Part shown: positions 1-11,378 of the stretch, piece by piece
Layout of the letters: each line of letters opens with the position of its first letter
How positions within the stretch are numbered: the first letter of the stretch is position 1
NCBI GenBank assembly: GCA_002633005.1
Contig: NMRA01000066.1
Location: forward strand, 1,079,743 to 1,143,742
Reading direction: 5' to 3'
Length of the DNA stretch: 64,000 nt
From: Phoronis australis
Lineage: Eukaryota > Animalia > Phoronida
Notes under the pieces: model-generated
Database searches by the model: none
Told to the model about the DNA's origin: nothing
What the model saw: the letters and a program-made list of their open reading frames with translations, nothing else
Program-made: the position numbers and the translations under genes

Positions 1-420
1 ATGTATTGAATCACATGGAATTGGTTTTGTGTGGTACCTCGAATGTATGTGCTAGCTCATTTTTGGGGGGTCCTTTTCTTTGGCTTCAGTCTGCCGGACC
101 CATTCCAGAGTGCACTTTGTCTGTCATGGGTCATTCGGTGTTCAGTGCGGTATTATTGTTCGTTTAAAATCAGTTTTGGTTGGTACCTCGAATGTCTAGT
201 CTAGCTCATTTTTTGGGGTCTTTGTAAGGCCCCCAGGGGTCACACCCAGAGTGCAGACAACGGCAGACGTCCATTTTCTGTACATACTGAGGTGGACTTG
301 AAATGCTCCCGTGGTCAGATGTTGGTACCTCGTTCATCTATGCTAAGTGCTCTGGGCTGCCGGTCTATAAGTCAAGATCACATGGAGACCATTTGCAACC
401 TGGTTTCGATTTCAAGTCAC
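1..420. repeat. Partial interspersed element with ~150-bp internal tandem units
   Basis: tggtacctcg recurs at about 33, 181 and 323; the first two copies continue aatgt...ctagctcattttt..gggg. Runs off the window start. Confidence 0.5.
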
Positions 421-1112
421 TGACCGTCTTGCTGCTGCTCGCGATAAAGCCCGGCCAGCTGACAAAATCGAAACCGGGATCATGACCTCTAACCCCCAAC
501 ATGACCTAATTTGTAAAGGTAGATGCTTCCAATATGGCTGACCACTGAAGGAATGTGGAATCGGTGATCGAAGAAAGTGAAAAGTTTTGCGTCCACGAAT
601 GTAAGTATGCCGTAAAAAGTCAATTTCTGATATCCAAACAAAGCTCACTTTACGGGGCTGTGATTTTACGAGAAGAATCATGTGAATAACTAGAGAACTG
701 TCGTTGCGGTTCGTCTTCAGCTTTGGCTTTGCAATGCCAAGCCGAACCACACAAGAGCCAAGGCCAGGCATGAGCATAACCGGGTAGTCATTGATTTGGC
801 ATTTGGATGTCAAGTGTGAAAGTCATGGATTATTTTGATTGGCTCATACAGATTTAATTGATGCACCGTGATTGTTTAACTTTGACCAATAGGTGCCTTA
901 AAATTGTGTCCGTTCAATCGAGCCTCATTTGTCCTGATCCCGCATGGTAATATGGTATACGTCACTGTCAGTGACCATGCACCGCCTATATTGGCCTTAG
1001 AGACGGTGGAGCTCCTGTAGGTGCTTCATATCACCAGAAACGTTTTGGAAAATTAAGCCTGACACTTATTAAAACTTAAAACTCACGTTCTAAGCACCTT
1101 TTGTGCTTAGAG

Positions 1113-2697
1113 TAGGGCGGTCGAAGTCGGCCATTTTGTTTTTGGATGGGTCATTTTCAATGTACCAAGTTCCATTTTCAAAAATTTTATTAGTTAAACT
1201 CCACATTCTTAAGCTACAAAAAGTAAAGTAACAGATTCTCAAATAAACGTTCTAAACGTACAATAAATGAGTCTGACCTCTCTGCCCACTAAAGTGTGAA
1301 ATTCCACCTTTGAATGAAGGTCCAGGTTCAGGAATCCCAGTCTCGTGAAACCGCGGCACCGACAAGTAGGCATTTTTCAGCTCTTTGCGCATGTTGGATT
1401 CACCAGCTGGGGGGGTGCATTAAATGTTTTTATATAAAAGAAAGGTCAAATTTTCACTTTCCGGACGAAGAATTTTTAATTTCGTCCTTAAACATAAAAA
1501 TTTTGTTAAATTTCAACTTTAGAGCAAAATAAATACAAGTTAAATTTTTTTTTTCAAAATTCTTCGTCCGGTTCTTTATAGGCCAACCTCCCCTTAAAAT
1601 ATTGGACTGAACTGCATTCAAGTGTCACATGTCCCCGACGTGCGCAAAAGCGTTATGTGAGTGTATCTAAAACCGCTTTTGAAATATTGGCTGGTGACGT
1701 CACTTCCGCGTGTCGGTGATTTTGCCGTGCTGAACATCAACGTTTAAAAATTTTTAACGCGCGTGAAAATTTAACCTATCAAACAAAACTCACATTAACA
1801 GGTCCAGAAACACTCAGTATACTATCTCCAAATCTTTTCAGGGACTTCATCTGCATTTTCATACTCCACGGGACGTTTAATTTCGACCTTGAGCTCAAAA
1901 TTCACCAACCACCCAAAATGGACGGCATACCGGCAGTGACCTAGTTTGCCCACATAGGATAGTCCTTACGAAGGGGTGTGAAGGTTATTTGTGTGCGAAA
2001 ATATGGTCAAATTTTTGGAATATTGACGAAGAATTTTTATTTTTATTAGAAGTCCTATTTTTTGTAAAATTTAAAANNNNNNNNNNNNNNNNNNNNNNNN
2101 NNNNNNNNNNNNNNNNNNNNNNNNNNNNNNNNNNNNNNNNNNNNNNNNNNNNNNNNNNNNNNNNNNNNNNNNNNNNNNNNNNNNNNNNNNNNNNNNNNNN
2201 NNNNNNNNNNNNNNNNNNNNNNNNNNNNNNNNNNNNNNNNNNNNNNNNNNNNNNNNNNNNNNNNNNNNNNNNNNNNNNNNNNNNNNNNNNNNNNNNNNNN
2301 NNNNNNNNNNNNNNNNNNNNNNNNNNNNNNNNNNNNNNNNNNNNNNNNNNNNNNNNNNNNNNNNNNNNNNNNNNNNNNNNNNNNNNNNNNNNNNNNNNNN
2401 NNNNNNNNNNNNNNNNNNNNNNNNNNNNNNNNNNNNNNNCTAATTTTTAGCGTAAATTATTGGCGAAAATAATTTATACTAAGTTTTAAACTCGTAACTT
2501 ATTCCGCTGTCGTCCAAGATGGCCGAACCGATCCAAACAAGTGACCCAAATTTCGCCACAAAAATTGCAATAACTTTGTACTGCTTGGCTCGATTTTGAT
2601 AATTTTTCGATTTTTATTGAGTAGGATGCATTATCTTCCCGATGATAATCGAGAATTTTTTCAAAACGAAAAAAAAAATTTTGGTTCGACCGCCCTA
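1113..2697. mobile_element. Non-autonomous TIR DNA transposon (TAGGG ends), spans the assembly gap
   Basis: 13-bp perfect TIR tagggcggtcgaa / ttcgaccgcccta. Flanking direct repeat cttagag at 1106-1112 and 2698-2704. Internal inverted repeat ccggacgaagaattt (1461) / aaattcttcgtccgg (to 1571). Confidence 0.8.
2077..2439. other. Assembly gap (N run)
   Basis: 363 consecutive N. Confidence 1.
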
Positions 2698-2855
2698 CTT
2701 AGAGGGAGGGGCACTTTATTAGCAGGCCGTGGATGTCTTTATTCCATCCAACTCGAACAAATACTCTCGCAATCAACTTTTTTTTCGAGCAGTCTTTCAT
2801 TCAGATGTCCAAATCAGCAACTGGGCATTTTTAACACTGTGCGCACCATGAGGTA

Positions 2856-3092
2856 CAGAGGCGGATCTACAGGGGGGGGTTCAGGGGGTTTAAACCCCCC
2901 CTCGGGACAGGATCAAAAATAAAAACTGGAGAAAAAATCGCCAGAAAAACGAAATTAGCTACTAAAAATCCAGAAAAATCTTACACGGGAGGAGGGAAAC
3001 CCTCTCGCGACCTTCCTTCCCCTCGGCGCTACGCGCCTCGGATTCTTTCGAATCCTAAACCCCCCCTTACTGAAATCGTAGATCTGCCACTG
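2856..3092. mobile_element. MITE family A (CAG..CTG ends, 5-bp TSD), copy 1
   Basis: TIR cagaggcggatctac / gtagatctgccactg. TSD AGGTA at 2851-2855 and 3093-3097. Near-full-length homologue at 36578-36809. Confidence 0.9.
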
Positions 3093-3435
3093 AGGTATCA
3101 CGTCATTTCTCCTGGGAGTGTATTCGGCATTGCATGCCTTTAGGTGAAACACTACTGCAATGCAGACTATATTTTTGCAGACATACGATCATGCCTATTG
3201 TAGACCAGTCGATCATTCTTTTTTCAAAACGTCTGTGGCCAAGCAAGGAACTTAACGTCAGCAATAACTTTTTTATCCCTTTTCATGACCACTTTGTTTA
3301 TTTGCTTATGATTATGAATCGCAGGCAAACATTTTGAGATGTGAATGATTTTTGGTTAAAAATAATACATTATCGCGTCACCCCAAATCAAAATTTATGA
3401 TATAGAATTTTAAATGAACTTTGAGATTCTCTTAA

Positions 3436-4350
3436 AGGAGAATGCCACCCGATTTAATTAGTCTTTCTTACCATCTTAATCGGTCTGTATCCACATCGCC
3501 TCGTATACGGTCGATCTTACCATGCCGAGAGGTGTCGCGTTAACCTGTGAGGAAGGTGCGAAACGACACAGTGACGTCAGTGGTTCATTTGCAGAGTGAA
3601 TGCTGCGTTGCATCCTTCCCGCTTGTCCGAACTATGAAGCTGCAATGAAAGCGGGTATATCGTTTTTTCGACTTACTCGAGAATACGAAATGCTTATGAA
3701 GTGGCTCGTGGTAGTGAAGAATGAAAAGTACGCTGTTAATAGCAAGTATGAGGCCGTGAAACATCTCCGTGTCTGCGGCAGTCGTCGACAGTGAGTCTGA
3801 CGAATGCCGGATTACCAAAGAACTATCCGTATGTTCCATTGCCTGTGCATGTTCACGGCGCCTCTCTAGTAGTATTTCTTGATCAGTGTATTACGGTTCA
3901 AACTGATAGCCAGTGAAACTTAACGATCCACCTGCTCTCGTCTAAGTCGGGATTGCGAGTTGCCATGTTGACGTTAATTATTCTGCGTTCTGTTTCAAAA
4001 TTAATTATTCTCACCGTAACCAATGCTTATGGTTATTCAGTGTTTACTGACAGAAAGCTGTTGTGAAACAATAACTCGATTTTATATGCTATGGTCACAT
4101 GTTAGGTGAATCTTTACTTAGATGTACGAATACATTATTTACATCATTGTTAGTGTACAACTTTTGCCCTGACGGTTCTGTAAAAGGGCAACTTGTGTTC
4201 GCGGCCTCTGACAAGTAAGTAGATTTGCAGTTTCGTGGCCAATTTACCAAAATAATTATGTGCACATTATTTCTTTGGCTCACTAGTGTAGTCTTTTTGT
4301 GACTGGAGGTTTACTTTCCAACTTAAGCTGGTTTATGTTCGTGATGTCTG
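3436..4350 (+). mobile_element. Kolobok-type non-autonomous element with THAP-like ORF, truncated at its right end
   Basis: Begins TTAA|aggagaatgccaccc. Collinear with 61719 to about 62710. Contains THAP-like ORF 3600-3794. No right TIR seen. Confidence 0.8.
3600..3794 (+). pseudogene. Transposon-derived THAP zinc-finger-like ORF (64 aa)
   Basis: MLRCILPACPN..GISFFRLTRE...KWL...HLRVCGS has the THAP signature (N-terminal Cx4C, SFFRxP-like, conserved W, RVC) but lacks the canonical CxxH His and the Pro. Confidence 0.65.
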
Positions 4351-7300
4351 CCTGTTTGTTTCAGAAAGACAGAAAGACTATTAAACCTGTATGAACTAAC
4401 AATGTTAACCAGCACGGAAATCATGGAGTTGGAATTTTGTATATTTACGTTTCACTTCGCTCTGCTATGGATGACTGCACATTGTTTACAACTAATCATA
4501 GTTCCACTGCCGTTACTTTTTTTGAACGCACATCAGAAAAAAGCATCCACAGTGTTTTTGTCACATGACATGCAGTGCGTGTACGTAATCTCAAACCTTG
4601 CATGATCAGTGTATTAGTCAAACAAAAAATGCATCTCAGGAAAATGATATCTTAAAACAAACTTAAAAAGTTTCATTTTCTGTATGTACAATTGATGTCT
4701 AAGTAACAGTAAGGGAAATTCTCTTAATTCTAAAAATAGCGTCAATCTTTTTGAGAGTTTAGTATGAGATTAAATCGTAAAAATATCCATACTTGAGGAC
4801 ACAGTTTATTCGTAAATATATGAGAAACTAGATACCAGATATCCTTTAGGTCCAGTTTACACAAATTTTTTCAAGTTCAATTTTTTCTCAATACAGTACT
4901 CAGACTTGCAACATCTTTCCACTTTCAACTTCACTGAAGAGTCCTGTCGGCGTTGTTTCCCCTTTTGGAAATTTAATTGTATATATGTGTTTGCTTCAAG
5001 TATCGTTTTTGATTAATATATTCCAATATGGATCTACATAATGCCAAAATTGTTACTAGTTTTGATAATAACATTTTCCCGTACATAAATGCAAGTTGTG
5101 TTACTCGAAAATTTCAAAATTGTCCTTCGAAGCCCAATAGGTCATAACGTTCAAATTAAAGATCACTGATTGCTAATATTGCAGACATGTACTATGTATA
5201 TGTCATCATCCTTCAACATGTACAAAATATTTACCCTGTTTGAATTTTTATATGTACATATAGTGATTATTTCCTTATGGGCTTAGATGAAGATGCTCTT
5301 AAAGGGGCATTTCACCGTTGTTCAAGTGGCAATGTTGAATACTTCACCACAGAGATTTGGACTTTAAAAAACATTAGCATGCCCATCCGATCTTGAATTG
5401 TTGCCGAATATGTTGGCAACACATATCACAGGCGATGAGTACATAAGCAATCGAATTTATAATTTTGGTATTGGCGAATGCCAGTAGACTCAGAAGTATT
5501 TTCTTGAGTTGCTAATGGTTTTGTTGTTCTTGTCAATAACAGAAATAGATTCCTTTTATGGTAAGGAATATTGCGAGACGAATTTCCTGAGAGTAAAAGG
5601 TCTAATTTGATTTCCTTTTTTGATAACTGTACAGGGCGACATGCAGCTTTAAGATACGAATGATTAATTTTATTGCTGACCCGTTCCCTACAGTAATATA
5701 CCACAATATTACTGTGTTATGTTACCACAATATAGTAGCAAATTGACTTGGGGCCATAAAACTGCAGTCACGTGTCATTGGTCACGGACACCCTGAGAAA
5801 TTGGGAAACCATTTTGTATGCCCTATTTTATTGTTGAAATTAGGCCCGCGTTCAACACATTGACCAGCACAGTATAATCAAATGAAGGGATTGGAGACCA
5901 TGGGCCTAGTGTGCTCGTAGTTGGTAAGCCTGGCATTATACCATGAATAATTTTTTCTAGTGTTCAAGCATGGAATCCGACTGCTTTGTGCTCTTCTTCG
6001 GAATCTGTCCTCAATTGAACTCTCCTCTTTTGTTGATTCAGAGGGAAGGACAATACATTGCCCATCCATCTCTGATATATGCCAATTTTTCTTGGTGTCG
6101 GCTTTGTTGCTTAAATGAAATAATATAGGTTTTCCAACTTTGACCAATCTCACGGAAAACCTTCAGATGTCAAGTGATATGATTGGACAATTTCTTAGTA
6201 TTAAGAAAAGTTAAGTGGTCTCCAGGTTTTGTGTGGCTGGAATTTCTAGAATTATTGTCTTTAAATTCTGCATGCTTGTAATTTATTCAGCTGCATTCCT
6301 TCTCAAAGGAATAATGATTCGAAAGAGACAAGAATGCTTTGTATGGAAATTGCAAGGGATTTTAAGCCACAGTTTAAGGCTTCACCTTGAATCTGAAAAA
6401 CCCATCATGCTAATATCAGTGCCCAGTCATGATATTTATCAGCCCATATACTCAGGTTGTTGCATTTACTTTACTTCATATTTCACTTGATCACAAATAC
6501 CTATAGGTCATCCTGTTCACCTGTCCATGCTTATATTGCGATTGTTATGAAAACTTAATCGAACTTGATCTACTGCTCCTGGGTTAGTTTGGAAACACTA
6601 TCTGAATATTAATCCAGTCCCTGAACTTTCTTACTATGAACAACCTGTAAGGCCTGGATTTGGAAACACTGTGATCATGTCTAGTTTTCTGTGGGACCAG
6701 CTGCCTGTCATCTTAATTTGTATTTTGCCTCCTTTGAAAAGTTTTCAATTGCTTTCAACTTTTGAAATGGCCACGCCAAAGTGAAATTCACTATTCCACC
6801 AGAGTGCAATCGAGTCTTTGATGGACTGGCATTCAGTAACACCTACGAATTTCGTAGAATGCGGACTGGTGTAAAGAACATTTTAATACCTCACCTGCTA
6901 TCATAATGCCAGCAAATTTTCACTGCTATGCAGTGAATGGCTTAGGGAAAAAGGCAAACCTCTTAAAAATTATCCATGGATTAAGGACATCATTTTCCAT
7001 ACTGCAGGGTCCGATTTGGCGAGTACCAGCTCACATTTTGCGAGCTGAAATTGCCTTTGGCGACGTGAACCAGAGCTTGAGGCTTACTCGCCAAATGCGA
7101 TTTCAGTTTTTTGTTTCTCAACTCACCAAAAGCACCCTCAATTTACGACATTGCCGTTCTCACACTTACAAAACCAAGTCGGTCGGGCCAGTTAACACTC
7201 ACTAAAAGAACAGTAATAAAAAACAACCGAATGAAATGTGCTCAACGCCATTCAAATATTGTCGCCATCTCCAGATCTGGTTTATCCACAGGTACTCAGG

Positions 7301-10300
7301 AAATAACAATCTCAAACAACTGCTCCCACAGTGGCGAGTGAGTGACCCTCTAGAGGTCATGAACTATACAATGTACTAATCGTTGACAAAGAGAAAAAAT
7401 GGTTTGAACGGGGTGTGTATGTATGAAAGAATTGAAAATCCATCTTTGAACCGAAGAAGAGGCTTGAGACTCAACCAATAACACTTGGGACAGGATTCTG
7501 ATTAAAGTTTCCAGCCGATTTTCTCCTCTCCGACCGTCATCACAGGCTTGAAAAAGCCAACACATGCTGGCTAAACGTTGCTCTTTCATCTCAAGTAAGT
7601 TCAGTAACGACTCGTAATTTTCTGTACGTTTACATGCATGTTACCTTGATAGATGTGTAGTAGTGGGCATCGTGTTTGTACAAGAAATATCGTACAGTGG
7701 ACATGGTGTGGCAACAACCTGAGAATCTGGCCGTGCCGATAGCAGATAAGCTGCGATAGCTTTTCACACCAAGCTCACAACTGATGTAGTCATGAGCATA
7801 TGATCAAAATGGATCCTAGTTGTATAGCTAAAGCGATATGTGTCTGAGGGATCTTTGACAATTCTAAAAAAAGTGCGGTATTGTAGCATGACTGATTAAA
7901 AAAGTGTTGAATACAACAGAATGATGCGTATGCTTGATAATACAAACATCAGCTGTTAAAGAATAAGCAACAGTGCATTAAAAACTTCACAGTTTCTCTC
8001 TAGCAGTCGCATTTCTTTGCCGTTGTTTTGGCCATGACTTACATGTACTAGACCAAGTACACTGCCACGCAGTAGTGTTAGCATTGCAGTCGGCGACATC
8101 CCAAGCGACACCAAATGGACATCCGTGGTACTAAAAAATTTGGTGATGTCTAATCCGTAATGGATAGCTGAGATTTTATCCAATTCGCCGAGTGTGCGTT
8201 GGGCGTTTTCTTAACATCGGATGCTGCAACGTGAAGAAGAATCTGCGCCCTGCAAAGTCGGTGGCTGCCACTGATAAAACTTGAGAAATTCGATTCCTGC
8301 CGACGTCAAAAAGCTAAATTAAATTGGTGAATTTAACCTTTATCAAACACTGGGAGGGGCTGACAGTGGGGTCTATTCCTCTGTTTTTAGATCAATGAAT
8401 GCGGTTATCTGTGGTGCACTAAATCTTGAGTAGGGATCTAGCGGAATTCACTTTTGCGCTCTCATTACTCTAAAGAGTGATTCCTGTATGAAAAGTCTGC
8501 GATTCCAAGTGTGTAAAAAGTATCTTTTTCATCAATCATATTATATGATGGTTTTTATGCAGTATGTGATGATCATATTATTAATAGCAATGAATAATTC
8601 TGAGAGTATTGCTAAAATTTGTCTTTAAAAACTTTCAAATTTTTAAAGGATTCTAACATGAATGCAACATTATATGCTGGTAGCTGTTGCATAGGTCTTC
8701 TTCATATAATAGGATTGATTTGGTGTTACCTGTCTTTCACAAAAAATGTAAAAGGTGTGTTCCAAATTGGTGTGGTGTTGCTGTGTTAAGGTACTAGGTT
8801 TTGGTACATACTTGTTGTCTTGCTGTCAATCAGTGTTACCTATCAATCTAAAGTTAACCCCACAAGAAACTGAACTTGAGGTTAAAGAGCCATACATGTA
8901 CAAATACCAATTTATTGCCACTATGATTCCAGATGTATAACAGCACAGCACTTTTTAAGTAGCATTTGAGTTTAAAAATAGAAAACCTTGTAAGATTTAT
9001 TATAAAATTGTTTCTTCATGTTGTTCAATTACAACATTTGTGTAAGTTTCATTTGGATCAAATCCAACATTGCCGTCTCAGATTACATGATGATAGAACT
9101 CTCCTTTGTCCCGGAGATTAGAAAGCGCGTGACCTCATTTTGGAAATCAGGCACATTTTCATGTCTCTCATTGATGTTGGGAAGGCGAAGAATTTCATAT
9201 CATTCATCCATGGGTATTTGTCCAGTTTGTCAAACTTTCTCACGTTGAAGTTTGCAGCCCACAGCTCAGCAGTAATACTTCGTTGGCATTGGAAGGACGA
9301 CTAGAGCAATGCGACCAAGAAAAACTTATAAAGAATCAGGCAACAAAAAGTAACATGTTGAAACTCCAGTGGCATGAAAATGAGGCAGCAACTGTGTGTG
9401 ATGGATGTTTACGGCATTGTGGGTAAATACAGCAAAATTCGAGTGTCGCTGTGTAATTTGGGAACGGCCCTATTGATCCATTACAGTCTCCTAAATCCAC
9501 TTGTAGCAATCCACCAGTGACTAGACAACTCTCTGCACTAATGAATTATCTCTAGACAAGCTTTTGGTAACCTATTATCTAGTAAGTACTGGAGTGTGAG
9601 TGTCTGCCAGCAGTGTTGTTGAGATGTCCAGCTCATCACATCACAGTCAGCTGGCAGATGGGTAAGATGGCTTGTACAAATGTTGAAATTTGAGTGGGTT
9701 TCTTGAACATCTGGACATGAAGCTGTCTCTGGGACCAGCTCAGAACTGGAACAATCTTCCTTATTTGTAGTCGGATGGCTAAATCTGCTTTAAAGTAAAC
9801 ACAGTAATAGTCATAGTTTGAAATCATGCATTCCTTAGGTGGATGCAGGTCTGGCATTTTAGCTGAAAATAGTGCTTTATCCATCCCTTGTGGAGGCCTC
9901 GTATTGTTATTGTACTGATTGAAGAATTCTTGGCTAATGCAATATACTGTTTTTTGTGTTTTTTTGGATAAGAAAAGTTTCATTTAATCATTGTTTCCAT
10001 AACTGCCATCAGTGTTTTGAGAATTTGGTGGCATTGGCAGCGCTTCAGAATTGAAAACGATTGTTTTCCACAAATTGACGACATCTTGCAATATGTAGTG
10101 GCCAGGGCTGAGTTCAATAGAACCAACACATCAGCAAACTCTTGGCAGCGAAAAAAAATCTTCGCTTATGGGATGGAAATGGTGGAATAAATACCATGAT
10201 TTAACATTCCAACCTCACTCATCAGTGATTTTTGTTAGCGTAAGCTTGTAAACTGCCAAGGATACTCACTAAAAACTTTCCATGATGTCTTGCCAGAAAT

Positions 10301-10619
10301 TGTTTCTCGTGCTAGAAACAGTCTAAAGGACCACCACCATGAGTGGGTTTTACTGGTCACTGGAGTGGTGTCATGGTTACACACAATATGATAATCCTTC
10401 ACTTGAAGTTTGCACAAAATTGCCATAATGATCATGTTTGTATTTTCCAAAGTCTGTCAAGTTTTGTTGAGAATAGGTTGGTTGCAGCTCCAATCAACAC
10501 ATGAGGGCGCTCTACACCGGCTATGTTTCGCTTGTACCTCCCCACCTTCTGCCATGGCTTGCTCTCTGCGTTTTCCTTTCTGGAGACTAGTTGTTGCAAT
10601 GGTTAGCCTTCACTAAATA

Positions 10620-11028
10620 CCGTAAACGTTCGGGTTAACGCCCATGCTCAGTTAACCGCCTATCCCCTACTTTAGGTGGATTTTCGATTTAACCGTCCAC
10701 TGCTCGGTTAACCGCCCATCTGCGATTTTTGAAGATTTCCAGTTAAGCGCCCACCTCTCAGTTAAGCGCTCATCCCCGACTATTAAAGATTGAAGATTTA
10801 GTGCCCAGTACTACACAAACGCGCGATTCCCCGACATTTAGGTCGATGATCACAACTAGAGTGCCCTGGGCGGTTGTCTGTCGTAATAAGCGCCCATGTT
10901 CAGTTAACCGCCTACCCTGGATTTCTTGAAATTTCATGTTTAAGCGCCCATGTCTGGTTAACCGCCCACCCCCGATTTTTTGGGTTTGCCAATTTAACCG
11001 CTCAGGGCGTTAACCCGAACATTTACGG
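10620..11028. mobile_element. Tc1/mariner/pogo-type MITE
   Basis: 24-bp TIR ccgtaaacgttcgggttaacgccc / gggcgttaacccgaacatttacgg (1 mismatch). TA on both sides (10618-19, 11029-30). Many internal ttaaccgccc/ttaagcgccc motifs. Confidence 0.9.
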
Positions 11029-11193
11029 TAGTTTATTGAGGTTGGTAGAGTTGGTGAGTACTAGTTTCTTTTCTCGCAACCAGAAAGAACATATTTACTC
11101 TTGACAGGTCGAGCTCCTATCAGCAACAATTTTCCAAAGTTATTGGATGCTTGGTGGCGTTGTGATCAGACTGTTCCAAATTTTGGACAACTT

Positions 11194-11378
11194 CAGGGAT
11201 ATTCCTAACCAGGTTTGAACCTGTGCCCCTTGGGCGCACCTGATGATAAAAAGTGCACCTTTTTTCAAAAAGTTATCCCAACTGACTTTGTGTAATTAAA
11301 GTGGTAACATGAAACAGTAGACAGTGTCCACTGTCTCTAGTGCTAATGGCGCAAAGGCGCGGTCCAGGAATATCCCTG
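11194..11378. mobile_element. MITE with CAGGG ends and 6-bp TSD (hAT-like termini)
   Basis: 13-bp perfect TIR cagggatattcct / aggaatatccctg. Direct repeat CAACTT at 11188-11193 and 11379-11384. Confidence 0.85.

Larger units (their letters stand above)
967..3120. mobile_element. Copy of the long-TIR foldback family (see 48920-49495) interrupted by two nested insertions
   Basis: 967-1112 (agagacggtggagctcctgtaggtgcttcat...aaattaagcctgacact) and 2698-2855 (ctcgaacaaatactctc...agcagtc) are collinear with the arm of the 48920-49495 element. Split by 1113-2697 and 2856-3092. Confidence 0.7.

Noticed and set aside
1989-2450. 153-aa ORF
   Set aside because: Made almost entirely of the N gap.
7005-7350. 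hAT-like MITE starting cagggtccgatttggcgag (similar lone ends at 15337 and 19502)
   Set aside because: No convincing matching right TIR or TSD.
10620-11028. CRISPR-like array of ttaaccgccc motifs
   Set aside because: Eukaryotic context, irregular spacing, enclosed by TIRs and a TA TSD; these are MITE subterminal repeats.
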